From: Christensenella sp. UBA7571
Lineage (GTDB): Bacteria; Bacillota; Clostridia; Christensenellales; CAG-917
Direction of reading: 5' to 3'
Assembly (NCBI GenBank): GCA_002476605.1
Contig: DLLD01000016.1
Span: forward strand, 99,225 to 163,224
Length of the DNA: 64,000 nucleotides
A program made the translations under genes and the position numbers. Shown here piece after piece: positions 20,222-29,236 of the stretch (its first letter is position 1; the number at the start of each line of letters is the position of its first letter). The notes under the pieces were generated by a model that saw only the letters and a list, made by a program, of their open reading frames with translations, searched no databases and was not told the DNA's origin.

Positions 20222-20968
20222 ATGGACGTTGTATCATCAATCGAAAAACGCGTGCAATGGATACGCGATTTGCTTACAAAAACGGGCGCAAAGGGCATTA
20301 TCTACGGCAACAGCGGCGGAAAAGACTGCACCCTCGTCGGCGCACTTTGCAAACTTGCAACTCCCAACGTTTTGGGCGTCATTATGCCTTGCCAATCCTC
20401 GCAAAATTACGGCAGTGACCGCGACGACGCTTTGAGAGCGGGTGAGCATTTCGGTATCGAACAAATCGAGATAGATTTGAGCGCAACCAAACAAGCGCTT
20501 CTCGACGCTTTCGGTGAGCAACTCACCAACAACAACGCGGGTGAGAGCAATCTCAAAATGGCAAGCGTCAACATCAATCCGCGTCTTCGTATGACCACGC
20601 TTTACGCACTCGGTCAAGCAAGAGGCTATCTCGTGGCGGGCACGGGCAACCTTGACGAGGCAACGCTCGGCTACTTCACCAAGTGGGGTGACGGCGCACA
20701 CGATTTCAACCCGATTGCGGACTTGACAGTCGGTGAAATTTACGAGCATTTGAGATACCTCGGCGCACCCGAAACCATCATTACCAAAGCTCCGTCCGCT
20801 GGTCTTTATCAAGGTCAAACCGACGAGCAAGAGATGGGCATCAAATACTCCGACGTCGACAAATATCTCCGCGGTGAAGATATCCCCGCAGACGTGAGAG
20901 AGAAGATTGAGAGTGCGAAACGCAGAGCTGCGCATAAGTTAAAAATGCCAATTAAATTTGGTGAATAA
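20222..20968 (+). CDS. nadE: ammonia-dependent NAD+ synthetase
   Basis: PP-loop GNSGGKDCTLV, plus GTGNLDEATLGYFTKWGDG. ATG at 20222 after GAGGTG. Confidence 0.88.
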   Translation: MDVVSSIEKRVQWIRDLLTKTGAKGIIYGNSGGKDCTLVGALCKLATPNVLGVIMPCQSSQNYGSDRDDALRAGEHFGIEQIEIDLSATKQALLDAFGEQLTNNNAGESNLKMASVNINPRLRMTTLYALGQARGYLVAGTGNLDEATLGYFTKWGDGAHDFNPIADLTVGEIYEHLRYLGAPETIITKAPSAGLYQGQTDEQEMGIKYSDVDKYLRGEDIPADVREKIESAKRRAAHKLKMPIKFGE

Positions 20969-20975
20969 GCCACCC

Positions 20976-21419
20976 AAACGGCGAATAACTTTGTCAGCAC
21001 CCGTCCGATTTTTCGGACGGGTTTTTATATGGTGTAGTCGTAAAACCTTAAATGCAATAACCCCCTCTTTCCGGACACGCCGGCATATCCACTTCGGCGG
21101 TTTGCGCACCGCAATCCGCCTCGTTCGCTTTGGCTACAACACATTCATCGAATGTGTTGCTTAACGCGTCGCGCCCAGCCACTCGGTTAGGGACATTTCT
21201 CTACAAGATTATCCGCCGCTCGCGGGGGAGACATTTGGCACGCGCATAGATAGGGACATTTCTCTTATTATGCCACTTCGTCTGCGTGGCGGCTACGCAA
21301 CAAAATGCCACGCATTCTCGTACTAATCGTCGAGCTTGGCGCAAAGACGCTCGTCGCCTTGCGACTCGAACTCCGAATAAACACATTCCGTGTATAAGTA
21401 CGCCTTGAATAAGTTTGCG
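20976..21419 (+). repeat. structured intergenic repeat, copy 1 (long form, with leader box and terminator hairpin)
   Basis: AAACGGCGAATAACT box at 20976, terminator hairpin at 20999-21026, core from GTAGTCG at 21034. Near-identical blocks (CCCCCTCTTTCCGGACACGCCGGCAT, TCGCTCGCGGGGGAGACA, CTCGTCGCCTTGCGACTCGAA, CCGTGTATAAGT) recur at 24049, 24349 and 29294. Confidence 0.85.
20999..21026 (+). terminator. rho-independent terminator of nadE (also part of repeat copy 1)
   Basis: ACCCGTCCGA-TTTT-TCGGACGGGT followed by TTTTT. Confidence 0.65.
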
Positions 21420-21502
21420 TTAATTTGTCCGCCATTTTTTCCATATTTGCATAAACTTTTTCACTTTTGCTTGACTTCGCGTTTTTTAAGTGATAAAACC
21501 AT

Positions 21503-21522
21503 ACTAACGAACATTAGTTAGT
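21503..21522. promoter_or_regulatory. candidate TetR operator palindrome
   Basis: ACTAAC-N8-GTTAGT (also ACTAA-N6-TTAGT), immediately upstream of the TetR-family gene RBS. Confidence 0.35.
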
Positions 21523-21530
21523 GAGGACGT

Positions 21531-22169
21531 ATGAAACAAGAAGATACCAAAAATCTTATTATTCAAAAAGCACTGGATCTGTTTTCGGAGAGGGGATACG
21601 ACGCGGTGAGCGTTGATCAAATCGCAAAAGAGGTGGGCATCAAAGCGCCGTCCCTTTACAATCACTATCCGAGCAAGCAAGCCATATTCGACGCAATATT
21701 CGAGGACGTCGCAAAAAGTTACGAAGAGGATACGGATAAAATCGATATTCATGTGCAAAACGTAGCGCAAGACGTGCCGTCTTTCAACGGAATTTCGGTG
21801 GAAGATTTGATGGAAAAAGTGCACGGCGTTTTCTATTATTCTTTGCGCGACGAAAAGATGTGCAAGTTTAGAAAACTGATGACGATCGAGCAGTTTAGAT
21901 CGTCGAAAATCTCGAAGTTGTATTCACAAAGATACGTCGATAGACTGGTGGCGTATCACTCGGATATTTTCAAAAATCTCATTGCGACGGGGGAGCTTTT
22001 GGACGCTAATCCGGACACGCTTGCGCTTATGTACGTTGCGCCCGTGATAACGCTTATCGGCGTATGCGACCGCGAGCCCGAGAGGGAAGAGGAGTGCGTG
22101 CAAAAACTCGACGAACACGTCCGCTTGTTCTTTGACGTATTCAACGTCAAAAGAGGCAAAATAAAATGA
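21531..22169 (+). CDS. TetR/AcrR family transcriptional regulator
   Basis: N-terminal HTH IIQKALDLFSERGYDAVSVDQIAKEVGIKAPSLYNHYPSKQAIF. Confidence 0.85.
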   Translation: MKQEDTKNLIIQKALDLFSERGYDAVSVDQIAKEVGIKAPSLYNHYPSKQAIFDAIFEDVAKSYEEDTDKIDIHVQNVAQDVPSFNGISVEDLMEKVHGVFYYSLRDEKMCKFRKLMTIEQFRSSKISKLYSQRYVDRLVAYHSDIFKNLIATGELLDANPDTLALMYVAPVITLIGVCDREPEREEECVQKLDEHVRLFFDVFNVKRGKIK

Positions 22170-23461
22170 AAAAATTCAACAAATCGTCGTTGCAAATACT
22201 CGGCTTGACGGGCGTCGTAAGCTTTTTGTCGTACACGGTTGCGGTGATTTTTGCACCGCTTGCATACCCCGGTTACGATTGGCTTTCGCAAGCAGTGAGC
22301 GATTTGAGTGCGTCCAACGCACCGTCGCTCGCGCTATGGAATAGGCTCACCGCTTTTTACAACGTTTGCGAAGTGCTTTGCGCAACCGTCGCGTGCGTTG
22401 GCATACGCAATAAAAAGAGCAAACTTTTGCGCATAGGCGTATATCTTTTTGCGGTTATGGAATGGGTTTCCGCGGTGGGATATCGTATGTTTCCGCTCTC
22501 GGACAGCGGATATGCGGGCACGGCGCAAGACGTTATGCATATCGTTGTGACGGTTGCCGTCGTGCTGTTGTCCGTCGTCTCGCTGGTGCTTATCATAATC
22601 GCGGGGGCAAAGGACAAGAGATATTTGTCCTACTGTATATGCGCGTCCGTCGCGCTTGCAATGATGCTCGTAGGTGCGCTCGGTATGAAAATAGTGCCCG
22701 CAAAATACTTCGGTGTGGTGGAGCGTTTCAGCGTGTTTGCCGCAACGGGATTTAACTGTGCGTTGGGAATACATCTGTTTCTCGACAAAGAAAAACCTAT
22801 TCCGCATAATATTAATGAAATACAAGGTGAATATATGAAAAATGACAATCTAACGGTACGAAACGAACAAAAAGAAGAATATAGAGAAGTGGAAAATCTC
22901 ACGAGAGAGGCGTTCTGGAACGTTTATCGTCCGGGGTGTATGGAGCACTACGTTTTGCACTGCTATCGCAACGACCCCGCGTTCGTGCCCAAACTCGATT
23001 ACGTTATGGAACTTGACGGAAAACTTATCGGACAAGTGATTTACGTGCGCTCGGAAATAGACTGCGACGACGGAAGCAAACTTCCGATTATGACCTTTGG
23101 ACCTATTGGCATTTTGCCCGAATATCAACGCAAAGGCTACGGCAAAATTCTTCTCGATTACACTATGCAAAAGGCAAAAGAGGCGGGCGTCGGCGCGCTT
23201 GCAATCACGGGCAATATCGATTTTTACGGCAAATCGGGTTTCGTTCCCGCCAAGACCAAAGGCGTGCGCTATTTTGACGACCCCGAAGCGGATTATTTCT
23301 TGATCAAGGAACTCAAAGACGGTTTCTTGGACGGCGTGAGCGGTACTTATAAAGATCCCGAAGGATACTTCGTGTGTGAGAAGGACGCGGAAGGTTTTGA
23401 ACGTTTTGAAGCAACTTTTCCAAAGAAGGAAAAAAAGACGCTGTCAAGACAGTTGTTTTGA
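22166..23461 (+). CDS. DUF998-like polytopic membrane domain fused in frame to a GNAT N-acetyltransferase domain
   Basis: ATGA overlap with the TetR gene. The first ~210 aa form about 6 hydrophobic helices with a DUF998-like N-terminus (PGYDWLSQAVSDLSA). The C-terminal half has GNAT motif A (QRKGYGKILLDYTMQKA). An internal AAGGTGA-N5-ATG lies at ~22835. Confidence 0.6.
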   Translation: MKKFNKSSLQILGLTGVVSFLSYTVAVIFAPLAYPGYDWLSQAVSDLSASNAPSLALWNRLTAFYNVCEVLCATVACVGIRNKKSKLLRIGVYLFAVMEWVSAVGYRMFPLSDSGYAGTAQDVMHIVVTVAVVLLSVVSLVLIIIAGAKDKRYLSYCICASVALAMMLVGALGMKIVPAKYFGVVERFSVFAATGFNCALGIHLFLDKEKPIPHNINEIQGEYMKNDNLTVRNEQKEEYREVENLTREAFWNVYRPGCMEHYVLHCYRNDPAFVPKLDYVMELDGKLIGQVIYVRSEIDCDDGSKLPIMTFGPIGILPEYQRKGYGKILLDYTMQKAKEAGVGALAITGNIDFYGKSGFVPAKTKGVRYFDDPEADYFLIKELKDGFLDGVSGTYKDPEGYFVCEKDAEGFERFEATFPKKEKKTLSRQLF

Positions 23462-23474
23462 GCGGGGTACGGCT

Positions 23475-23732
23475 ATGATTGAATCAAGATGCGGGCTTCG
23501 ATGCAGTGAATGTGGTTTTAGAGAAGCAACGGGTTGCAAAGGATGCGTGAATATGGACAAACCTTTTTGGGCGGACAGTTGCCCCGTTAAGTCTTGTTGC
23601 GAAAAGAAAGGATTGCAAAATTGCGGAGAATGTGCGAATTTCGTTTGTTCTTTATTGCATACTTTTGCTTACGATATGGAGCAAAGCGATAACGGCGCAC
23701 GAATTGAGCAATGCAAAAAATGGTGTAAATAA
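23475..23732 (+). CDS. Cys-rich DUF3795-like protein
   Basis: 85 aa starting MIESRCGLRCSECGFREATGCKGC...CPVKSCCEKKGLQNCGECANF. Start taken at the internal ATG just after the upstream stop. Confidence 0.55.
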   Translation: MIESRCGLRCSECGFREATGCKGCVNMDKPFWADSCPVKSCCEKKGLQNCGECANFVCSLLHTFAYDMEQSDNGARIEQCKKWCK

Positions 23733-23733
23733 A

Positions 23734-24018
23734 ATGGCTTCGAGTAAAGAATTTTTACAGTTTATTTTGGAACAGTTGTCCGATTTGGACGATATTTCGT
23801 ATAGACCTATGATGGGTGAATATATCCTCTACTATCGCGGTAAAATCGTCGGTGGAATATACGACGACAGATTGCTCGTAAAGAAGACGAAATCCGCCTT
23901 GGAACTGATGCCTATCCCCGTTTACGCTCTTCCGTACGAGGGGGCAAAAGAAATGTTGCTCGTAGAAGAGGTTGACAGCAAAGAATTTCTTGCGAGACTG
24001 TTTGAGGGTATGGGCTAA
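23734..24018 (+). CDS. TfoX N-terminal domain-like protein
   Basis: 94 aa: MASSKEFLQFILEQLSDL...MMGEYILYYRGKIVGGIYDDRLLVK, typical of the TfoX_N family. Confidence 0.55.
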   Translation: MASSKEFLQFILEQLSDLDDISYRPMMGEYILYYRGKIVGGIYDDRLLVKKTKSALELMPIPVYALPYEGAKEMLLVEEVDSKEFLARLFEGMG

Positions 24019-24048
24019 TGCCGTTAATAAGTAGGCAAGGAATAGGGG

Positions 24049-24348
24049 ATAGTCGTAACTCTATTAATGCAATACCCCCTCTTTCCGGACACGCCGGCAT
24101 TTCTCACCCCACTCGGTTAGGGACATTTCCCTACAAAAGTGAGCATCGCTCGCGGGGGAGACAACGGCACTCGCATAGATAGGTATCGTCCCCTCGTTAT
24201 GCCACTCGTTCGCCAACGAAAAGAACAACACTCGTTGGTTCACTTGTGCTTTTCGTTAAGCTCGGCACTTATTCGCTCGTCGCCTTGCGACTCGAAGTTA
24301 CGTCTCCGAATAAGCACATACCGTGTATAAGTAGGCAACGAATAGGGA
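24049..24348 (+). repeat. structured intergenic repeat, copy 2 (short form)
   Basis: Same conserved blocks as copy 1 but lacks the ~88-nt insertion module. Preceded at 24022-24048 by a fragment matching the 3' end of the unit (GCCGTTAATAAGTAGGCAAGGAATAGG versus CCGTGTATAAGTAGGCAACGAATAGGG). Confidence 0.85.
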
Positions 24349-24745
24349 GTAGTCATAACTCCTCTTAAAAGAATTGCCCCCCCCCTCTTTCCGGACACGC
24401 CGGTATTTCCACTTCGGCGTTTGCGCACCGCAATCCGCCTCGTTCGCTTTGGCTACAACACATTCACCGAATGTGTTGCTTAACGCGTCGCGCCCGACCA
24501 CTCGTATATGGACATTTCTCTACAAAAGTAAACATCGCTCGCGGGGGAGACATTTGGCACGCGCATAGATAGGGGCATTTCTCTTATTATGCCACTGCAC
24601 TTTGTGCGCCAGCTTCGCAACAACACGGCGCAGTCGCTTGTACAACCGTCAAGCTCGGCACTTATCCGCTCGTCGCCTTGCGACTCGAAGTTACGTCTCC
24701 GAATAAGCACATACCGTGTATAAGTACGCCTTGAATAAGCGAATG
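24349..24745 (+). repeat. structured intergenic repeat, copy 3 (long form), head-to-tail with copy 2
   Basis: Contains the ~88-nt module with the CAACACATTC-loop-GAATGTGTTG hairpin, as in copy 1. Ends CCGTGTATAAGTACGCCTTGAATAAG, as in copy 1. Confidence 0.85.
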
Positions 24746-24898
24746 ATTTAATTCTTGCTTTTTTTATCAAAAGTCGATATTTTCCGTATTTTTAATCGAT
24801 AAAAATTTCTAAACAAAAATTAATGCTTGCGGCATCGCTTAATATATGTTAATATAGTTTTGGTTATCATTATATTCAACAAAAGGAGGGGCTGAATT

Positions 24899-25381
24899 AT
24901 GGCTCATTTAAGTGAGGCGGCTGTTGCTCAAATCAACGCGATTTGCGACAGATACACCGACGAAAAAACCCCACTTATGATGATTTTGAGCGATATTCAA
25001 AAGGAATACGGCTATATTCCTCTCGAAGTGCAAGAAATCGTCTCTGAAAGAACGGGGATCTCAGTTGCGGAAATTTACGGCGTCGTGACTTTCTACTCAT
25101 TCTTCTCGTTAGCACCCAAGGGAAAATACGTTATCGGCGTATGTCTCGGCACGGCTTGCTACGTCAAGGGCGCGCAACAAGTTATAGACAAGTTCTGCGA
25201 AGTGCTTGGCATTAAACCGGGTGAGACCACCAAAGACGGTTTGTTTACTATCGACGCGTTGCGTTGTATAGGTGCTTGCGGTATTGCTCCCGCCGTTTCC
25301 ATCAACGGACAAGTTTACCCCAAAGTCGCAGTCAACGCCATCCCCGGCATAGTTGACAATTATAGGTCGAGGGAGGAATGA
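24899..25381 (+). CDS. hydC: NuoE-like [2Fe-2S] subunit of electron-bifurcating [FeFe] hydrogenase
   Basis: Thioredoxin-like 2Fe-2S pattern (VCLGTACYVKG ... LRCIGACGIAP). AGGAGGGG RBS. First gene of the hydCBA operon. Confidence 0.85.
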   Translation: MAHLSEAAVAQINAICDRYTDEKTPLMMILSDIQKEYGYIPLEVQEIVSERTGISVAEIYGVVTFYSFFSLAPKGKYVIGVCLGTACYVKGAQQVIDKFCEVLGIKPGETTKDGLFTIDALRCIGACGIAPAVSINGQVYPKVAVNAIPGIVDNYRSREE

Positions 25382-27270
25382 TTGAGATGATTAGAACTTT
25401 TGAAGAACTTGAAAGAACTTGCAACGATTGCTCCAAATGTATGGACGCAAAATTTACGGGACACGACGGCAAGCGTCACATCGTGCTTTGCGGTGGTACG
25501 GGCTGTCTTTCTTCCCATTCGGACGAAATTAGAGAAGAGTTTGTAAAACTCGTCAACGAGAGAGGTTTGCAAGACAAAGTCACCGTCAACCAAGTGGGTT
25601 GCTTCGGCTTCTGCTCGCAAGGTCCTTTCGTCAAAATTTATCCCGAAGACACTCTTTATAGAATGGTCAAAATCGACGACGTAAGAGAAATCGTCGAAAA
25701 AGACCTCGAAAACGGTGAAGTGGTGGAAAGACTTCTTTACGTTGACCCAATCACCAAAGAAAAAGTCTCCAAACAAGACGATATCACTTTCTACAAAAAG
25801 CAAGTGCGTATCGCTTTGCACGGTTGCGGAAGCATCAACCCCGAAAAGATAGAAGAAGCGCTCGGTGCGGGCGCGTTCAAAGGTCTTGCACGCGCGCTTC
25901 AAATGGACAGACAAGAAGTCATCAACGAGATTTTGGCTTCGGGACTCAGAGGTCGCGGCGGCGGTGGTTTCCCCACGGGCAGAAAATGGCAATTTGCATA
26001 CGCTCAACCCGACGGTGACAAATACGTCGTCTGCAACGGTGACGAAGGCGATCCGGGCGCGTTTATGGACCGTTCCATACTCGAAGGCAATCCTCTTGCG
26101 GTTATCGAAGGTATGATGATTGCAGGTTACGCAATCGGGGCACAAAACGGTTATTTCTACGTTCGTGCGGAATATCCTATCGCTGTCAATCGTTTGCGCA
26201 TAGCAATCCGTCAAGCGGAAGAAATGGGCTTGCTCGGCGACAACATTCTCGGAACGAACTTCTCGTTTAGAGTACATATCCGCCTCGGCGCGGGCGCGTT
26301 CGTTTGCGGTGAAGAGACGGCTCTTCTCAACTCCATCGAAGGACAAAGAGGTATGCCTCGTCCTCGTCCGCCGTTCCCGGCAGTCAAGGGCTTGTGGCAA
26401 TCACCGACCATCGTCAACAATGTCGAAACGCTTGCTTGCGTGCCTTACATTATGAGAGAAGGCTTTGATCAATTCACCAAATTCGGCACTGAAAAATCCA
26501 AGGGCACGAAGGTCTTTGCACTCGGCGGAAAGGTCAACAACGTAGGTCTCGTGGAAGTGCCTATGGGTACTACTTTGCGTGAGCTCATTTACGACATCGG
26601 CGGCGGTATCCCCAACGGCAAGAAATTCAAAGCAATTCAAACGGGCGGACCTTCCGGCGGATGTCTCACGGCTGACGACCTCGACGCACTCATCGACTTT
26701 GACAACCTCGTTGCAAAAGGCTCGATGATGGGCTCGGGCGGTGCAATCGTTATGGACGAAGACAACTGTATGGTTGACGTTGCAAAGTTCTATATGGAAT
26801 TTATTTGCGACGAATCTTGCGGGAAATGCTCTCCTTGCCGTATCGGCACCAAGAGAATGCTCGAACTTCTCACAAAGATAACCAAAGGTCAAGCCACTAT
26901 GGAAGACCTTGACAAGCTTATCGACCTTGCAAACAACATAAAAACCAACTCTCTTTGCGCTTTGGGACAAACCGCTCCCAACCCCATACTTTCCACGCTT
27001 GCGCACTTCAAAGACGAATATATCGCGCACATCGTGGACAAAAAGTGTCCGGCGGCAGTGTGCAAGAGCCTTATGAACTACACGATTATTGCGGACAAGT
27101 GCGTAGGTTGCGGACTTTGCGAAAGAAATTGCCCCACCAACGCAATCCACAGCACCAACTATATCGCGCCCAATCACAAACTCCCGTCCAGAGAAATCGA
27201 TACGGAAAAGTGCATTAAGTGCGGTATGTGTATCTCTTCGTGCAGACTCAAAGCAATCGAGAAAAAGTAA
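25378..27270 (+). CDS. hydB: NuoF-like flavoprotein subunit (FMN/NAD(P)H binding, Fe-S clusters) of [FeFe] hydrogenase
   Basis: ATGA overlap with hydC. Has GLRGRGGGGFPTGRKW, NGDEGDPGAF, ESCGKCSPCR and two C-terminal ferredoxin CxxCxxCxxxCP motifs. Confidence 0.9.
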   Translation: MIEMIRTFEELERTCNDCSKCMDAKFTGHDGKRHIVLCGGTGCLSSHSDEIREEFVKLVNERGLQDKVTVNQVGCFGFCSQGPFVKIYPEDTLYRMVKIDDVREIVEKDLENGEVVERLLYVDPITKEKVSKQDDITFYKKQVRIALHGCGSINPEKIEEALGAGAFKGLARALQMDRQEVINEILASGLRGRGGGGFPTGRKWQFAYAQPDGDKYVVCNGDEGDPGAFMDRSILEGNPLAVIEGMMIAGYAIGAQNGYFYVRAEYPIAVNRLRIAIRQAEEMGLLGDNILGTNFSFRVHIRLGAGAFVCGEETALLNSIEGQRGMPRPRPPFPAVKGLWQSPTIVNNVETLACVPYIMREGFDQFTKFGTEKSKGTKVFALGGKVNNVGLVEVPMGTTLRELIYDIGGGIPNGKKFKAIQTGGPSGGCLTADDLDALIDFDNLVAKGSMMGSGGAIVMDEDNCMVDVAKFYMEFICDESCGKCSPCRIGTKRMLELLTKITKGQATMEDLDKLIDLANNIKTNSLCALGQTAPNPILSTLAHFKDEYIAHIVDKKCPAAVCKSLMNYTIIADKCVGCGLCERNCPTNAIHSTNYIAPNHKLPSREIDTEKCIKCGMCISSCRLKAIEKK

Positions 27271-27285
27271 AGAGAGGGAATTATT

Positions 27286-29052
27286 ATGGCTAAAATAAAT
27301 ATCAAAATAGAAGGTGTCCCTTATCAAGTCGAACAAGGCTTGACTATCCTTGAAGCGGCAAAGGCTTGCGGTTACGAAATTCCGTCCCTTTGCACGTACA
27401 ATCACGGTGAATGTTCAAGAGGTTCTTGCAGAGTGTGTCTCGTCGAGGCAACGGGTGCAAGAGGGCTCGTGGCGTCTTGCGTATATCCCGTCGCGGAGGG
27501 TATGGAAATCACCATTTCTTCCCCCAAAGCGGTGCAAGCAAGAAGATCTTCCGTGGAACTTTTGCTTTCCAACCACAATCGCAACTGCCAAGAGTGCGAC
27601 AAGAACGGCAAGTGTGAACTTTTGCACGTTGCGGTTCTCACCGGCGCAAGAGAAGGCGTTTATAGCGGTGAACAAACACCCGTAACCGTTGACAATCTCA
27701 CTCCGTCAATCAAGCGCGACACGAGCAAGTGCGTGCTTTGCGGAAGATGTATCGAAAGATGCAAAAACGCGCACGGTTTGTCCGTCCTCGGCTTTGAAAA
27801 GAGAGGTTTCAAGACTATCGTCGCACCGGCAGAGAACAGAAGTTTTGCCAATTCTCCGTGCATTTTGTGCGGTCAATGCGTAAGCGTTTGCCCCACGGGC
27901 GCACTTATGGAAGTGAGCGAAATCGACAAGGTCGACGCAGCGTTCAAGGCGGGCAAATACGTCGTGGTGCAAGCAGCACCTGCCGTAAGAGCGGCACTCG
28001 GTGAAGAGTTCGGTATGCCAATCGGCTCGCTCGTAACGGGCAAAATGGTTGCCGCGCTCCGTCGTCTCGGGTTCAAGAAAGTCTTCGACACCAATTTCAG
28101 CGCAGACCTCACCATTATGGAAGAGGCAACCGAGCTTCTCGGCAGAGTTAAAGACGGCGGTGTGTTGCCGATGATTACGTCTTGCTCCCCGGGCTGGATC
28201 AACTATGCGGAGTATTACTACGGAGATTTGCTAAATCACCTTTCTTCTTGCAAATCGCCTCACGAAATGTTCGGCGCAATCCTCAAAACGTATTATGCGG
28301 AACAAAACGGCATCAACCCCGAGGATATGTACGTCGTATCCGTTATGCCTTGCACCGCAAAGAAATTCGAGAAAGAGAGAAAGGAACTTTCCGTAAACGG
28401 TCTCAAAGACGTCGACGCGGTTCTCACTACGAGAGAGCTTGCAAAGATGATCAAGCGCGCGGGCATTATGTTCAACAGACTTCCCGATGAGAAATTTGAC
28501 GACGATATCGTCGGTGAATACACGGGCGCGGGCGTCATCTTCGGCGCAACGGGCGGTGTTATGGAAGCGGCCCTTCGTACGGCGGCGGCAGTGCTCGACG
28601 GCAAAGAACTCGAACACGTCGAACTCACCGAAGTCAGAGGCCTCGAAGGCATCAAAGAAGCGTCCTACAACCTCGGCGGTATGGAGGTCAAAGTTGCAGT
28701 TGCTCACGGTATGAAGAACGCCAAAGTGCTCCTCGACCAAATCAGAGAAGGCAAGAGCCCCTATCACTTTATCGAGATTATGGGGTGCCCCGGCGGTTGC
28801 GTCGCGGGTGGCGGACAACCTTACGTCCAACCTTGCTTCCTTCCCAACGAAGACGACGATATTCTCGACACCTTCCGTGCAAAGCGTGCAGCCGCACTTT
28901 ATCGTGAAGACGAGGGCAAACCCGTCCGTGTCTCCCACAAGAACTCCCAAGTCCAAAAACTCTACGACGAGTTCCTCGGAGAACCGAATAGCCATCTTGC
29001 GCACGAGTTGTTGCATACTCATTATACTGCTCGCACTCGCTTCCCGAAGTAA
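27286..29052 (+). CDS. hydA: [FeFe] hydrogenase catalytic subunit (H-cluster) with N-terminal 2Fe-2S/4Fe-4S domains
   Basis: H-cluster signatures TSCSPGW, MPCTAKKFE and EIMGCPGGCVAGGGQP. N-terminal Fer2 and 2x[4Fe-4S] motifs. Confidence 0.92.
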   Translation: MAKINIKIEGVPYQVEQGLTILEAAKACGYEIPSLCTYNHGECSRGSCRVCLVEATGARGLVASCVYPVAEGMEITISSPKAVQARRSSVELLLSNHNRNCQECDKNGKCELLHVAVLTGAREGVYSGEQTPVTVDNLTPSIKRDTSKCVLCGRCIERCKNAHGLSVLGFEKRGFKTIVAPAENRSFANSPCILCGQCVSVCPTGALMEVSEIDKVDAAFKAGKYVVVQAAPAVRAALGEEFGMPIGSLVTGKMVAALRRLGFKKVFDTNFSADLTIMEEATELLGRVKDGGVLPMITSCSPGWINYAEYYYGDLLNHLSSCKSPHEMFGAILKTYYAEQNGINPEDMYVVSVMPCTAKKFEKERKELSVNGLKDVDAVLTTRELAKMIKRAGIMFNRLPDEKFDDDIVGEYTGAGVIFGATGGVMEAALRTAAAVLDGKELEHVELTEVRGLEGIKEASYNLGGMEVKVAVAHGMKNAKVLLDQIREGKSPYHFIEIMGCPGGCVAGGGQPYVQPCFLPNEDDDILDTFRAKRAAALYREDEGKPVRVSHKNSQVQKLYDEFLGEPNSHLAHELLHTHYTARTRFPK

Positions 29053-29061
29053 GAAGGCACT

Positions 29062-29143
29062 AAACGGCGAATAACTGTGTCAACACCCATCCGCTACAAA
29101 ATCACGTACGCCTTGTACGTTGGGTTTTGTATCGGGTGGGTGT
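29062..29143 (+). terminator. AAACGGCGAATAACT box followed by a long terminator-like hairpin downstream of hydA
   Basis: Box at 29062-29076, matching those at 20976 and 29237. Imperfect 19-bp stem ACACCCATCCGCTACAAAA...TTTTGTATCGGGTGGGTGT (29083-29143) followed by TTT. Confidence 0.5.
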
Positions 29144-29236
29144 TTCCTTGTTCTTCATCCGTTTATTGCCTTCTTACGAGGGTATATAACTGTTTCCTTG
29201 CTCTTCATCTAAATATCGCAGTTTTACAAACGCGCT

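Noticed and set aside
21201-21386. Small ORFs inside the repeat family (21201-21386, 24240-24428, 24480-24770, 29224-29517 on the minus strand; several on the plus strand)
   Set aside because: Start, stop and frame differ between copies because of indels. The variable segments preserve base pairing rather than a reading frame, and no RBSs are present.
24019-24745. Tandem repeats upstream of hydC considered as a possible CRISPR array
   Set aside because: The units are 300-400 bp, directly abutting, with no short repeat/spacer periodicity. No cas genes are present in the window.
29083-29143. Long hairpin after hydA considered as a small structured ncRNA
   Set aside because: It is most simply explained as the operon terminator. 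It is a single imperfect stem with a short U tract and no further conserved structure.
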